A DNA stretch of 64,000 nt from Chrysomallon squamiferum (Eukaryota; Animalia; Mollusca): the NCBI GenBank assembly GCA_012295275.1, contig CM022677.1, positions 6,014,001-6,078,000 on the forward strand, in the 5' to 3' direction. The position numbers and the translations under genes were made by a program. Below the pieces are notes generated by a model. The model was given only the letters and a program-made list of their open reading frames with translations, was not told the DNA's origin and made no database searches. Below are positions 61,370 through 64,000 of the stretch, piece by piece (positions within the stretch are counted from its first letter, which is position 1; every line of letters starts with the position of its first letter).

Positions 61370-62460
61370 TTACAAATCATTCTTACTTTGACAGTAATAT
61401 AAACTGGATAACGTCCAAGTTCTCCTTTATTAAGTACAATTGAGTAGATTTCCTTACAGGCCATAACAATTTATTCGATTTGTGAAAAATAATAGCGAGA
61501 TATTTATAACTTTCTACATTATCAAGAGTTGATTTTCCAAGGTAAAGCACTTTCTTGTAATCCTTGTGGTTGCAATTAAAAATTAAAACTTTCGTTTTTT
61601 TATGTTTACTCGTAATTATCTGCAAGGATTACAGTGTCATAGGGAAAGAGTAAAACAAATGGAACAGTTGATGGATGTATCAAAGAATCACTGAACAACA
61701 GATACATTTTAAGATACAACGATAATAGTAAAGGAGATAAATGTTATCCTTGTCTAATACCCAGACAACAGGGGAAATAGTCTGTTACTGAGTTATGACA
61801 CAATATTTAATATTTTGATACATATTGTAAATTATCTGGAAACACTTAGGAATTATACCATTTTGAATTAATGTTCCCCAAAGCCTGATTATTGATAATG
61901 AATAATCAAGTAATGAGATCAAATAACTATTTTCTATGTCATGAATATCCGCTTAAATATTTTCCCTGAATGTCTATCTTTTTTTTTTTTTTTTTTTTCT
62001 TTCCGTTGTCTAAGTTTTACTGAAATAGAAATTGAATTCCAAATTCTCTGATTTTCCCATCAATAATCTCAGTCTTGACATATATGATGTGATAGGTTTT
62101 ACATAATGAAGTAATAAATAATATTTATATAGCGGTTATTGCGTTTATTTTAAAAACAATTCCGCATGAATGAAAACGACATATTACGAATTTAGTACAG
62201 GTTCGATTATTCACTATCAGAATGGTAGAAAATGCCTTTAAAATTGTATTATGTTTGTTAAATACTGTCATCTGTTTTAATTTTCATTCTTCATTTTATT
62301 ATAAATGTCGAAATCTTTAGTGACTACATTTTGAGCGCTTCATATATAGTGATTGTCAATAATGTATTCTTTTAGTGTTTGGGAATTAGCGATTTAAAGC
62401 TTTTACAAGAAAACAATTAAAATAAAATAATTTAGAAAATTGAGCTTGAGTTCAGAATGC
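61370..62460 (-). mobile_element. Degenerate LINE reverse-transcriptase fragment (CR1/L2-like)
   Basis: Minus-strand fragments LWGTLIQNGIIPKCFQIIYNMYQNIK, YFPCCLGIRQG*HLSPLLLSLYL, a degraded YADD-TVIL site, and KTKVLIFN...LDNVESYKYLAIIF. Confidence 0.78.
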
Positions 62461-62895
62461 TCCATATTTATGAACAAATTGAAATAAAATACATTTTTTT
62501 TTTTTTTTTTTTTTTTTTTTCCGGACGCTGTTAACTGAACACAAGACGGAGATTTGACTTTGTCATTTCGAGCTTTTCTTTCCTGGGAAAAAATATCTCT
62601 GTGTATACATTTTACCTAGGAAAGAAAAGGTAGAAATGACAAATATTTATCGATAGATAGATGGATAGATAGATTATACAACAAAACATAATTCTTTGTT
62701 ACTAAAAACAGAAAGTAGCGGCAACCTATGTCAAAATAAATTACGTTTATTTTTGTAAATTTATTACCGACGCTGTAGATAAACAGAGTGCGAATCACTG
62801 CATGTTATGACCACACTTCATATAATAACTAATATCGGGAAATCAATTTAATTATACTGTCATAAAATAATAATTTTACTCAGTGATAATTGTGT

Positions 62896-62936
<41 letters not shown>

Positions 62937-63269
62937 GCAAGTGTATCTCAGAGAGAGAGAGATTAGATTAATTACACTTATAAAAATAATAAAATTTATT
63001 ATAATTTACAATTACAGTTATGCTCATAGATTGCGTATATTCGTGATGTTGTTTTAATTTTAATCATATCTCTCTTGTGTCAACTGAATGAACCTGACAT
63101 TGTCAAACATTCAAGAACTCCTCTCTTTAACGCACAGAAACAAATAGTATATATAGATAAGTCAATTAACATAATATATATAATATATTTAATTAATTAG
63201 TTTAAAACCAGTTGTGTGTGTGTATATATATATATATATATGAAATAAAGCTATTTAAAACAGAGAAGA

Positions 63270-63805
63270 TATATATATTATTATTGTTTTATTACTATTG
63301 TGTACACGTAAAATCATATATTCACCTTGTATGCTGTTTTTCATTATTATAGTTTATTTATATATCTTACGAAAAGACCTGATACCGCCAGTTAGTGGTT
63401 CAAGCTTAAACACGATACAATTTTGGCGGCTAAAAGTATTATCTATCTCTGTTCCACTACAAGCCAGCTGATATGTCTATTATTACTATATGTGTTATAG
63501 ACTCTAACCAGCATTTTATAACTTAATTCAGTACACAAACTATGTTAAGGTAGTTGTTAATTTTAATCCTGTTTACTTAACCACAAAAATTATAAAAATT
63601 TCACGATTATTTTTTATCAGAAGAAACATAAGTTTTATAGAAAACTTCAAAGCTTCTACCCCTTCTTTTTTATGAATTGGTATCTTCCCTCGCTAAGTGT
63701 CGTCTGTCAAAACCGGGCTTCACTACTCCAAGAGTAAATTGACATTGCAGTCGAACAAGAGGAGACATTCTTTCAACGGTTAAAATTTTCATTTCTCAAG
63801 ACTAA
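63270..63805 (+). promoter_or_regulatory. Putative promoter plus non-coding first exon of a gene continuing beyond the window
   Basis: Paralogous to 22993-23400 (-) and 27640-27960 (+); GTAAGT donor at 63806. Confidence 0.5.
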
Positions 63806-64000
63806 GTAAGTCAGATTTATGATTATTATTATTGTTGTTGTTGTTATTGTTGTTATTGCTGTTGGTGTTCTAAGATATTTTAAAATAACATTTTCAAAGT
63901 CAATTCCACGATTACTTTATCGTGCTTGGTATATGATTATCACGAAAAATAGCTCGTCACATTGCTAGTGGTGTGCTAAATTCACTTGCAGCATTCATAG

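Overview
Very AT-rich, microsatellite-dense animal genomic DNA (plausibly molluscan; inference from repeat types) with one 200-N gap. Nearly all listed ORFs are microsatellite artefacts. The main signal is a four-copy cluster (4.0-15.7 kb) of small genes (142-144 aa) with uninterrupted CDSs. Their motif order (YIWxP..GHxxLxL..YxSWWP..LxxD..L..WW..YxL..NC..VxxAL(R/K)AGG..W[ST]PxxL) matches the catalytic core of bacterial lysine fatty-acyltransferase effectors (MARTX RID, Shigella IcsB; circularly permuted papain/NlpC-P60 fold). One copy keeps His/Asp/Cys. Two opposite-strand copies carry Cys->Ser and are unusually divergent from each other. The fourth is a dead copy with a Lys-rich insert. The rest of the window is heavily rearranged: a 22-bp minisatellite with an unexpanded paralog, tandem segmental duplications (~3.3 kb; ~8.1 kb arms at a ~9.6 kb period), a ~450-bp inverted repeat, two LINE relics, a decayed cbEGF multi-exon gene and repeated promoter/first-exon modules. 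Family assignments come from motif recognition, not database searches.
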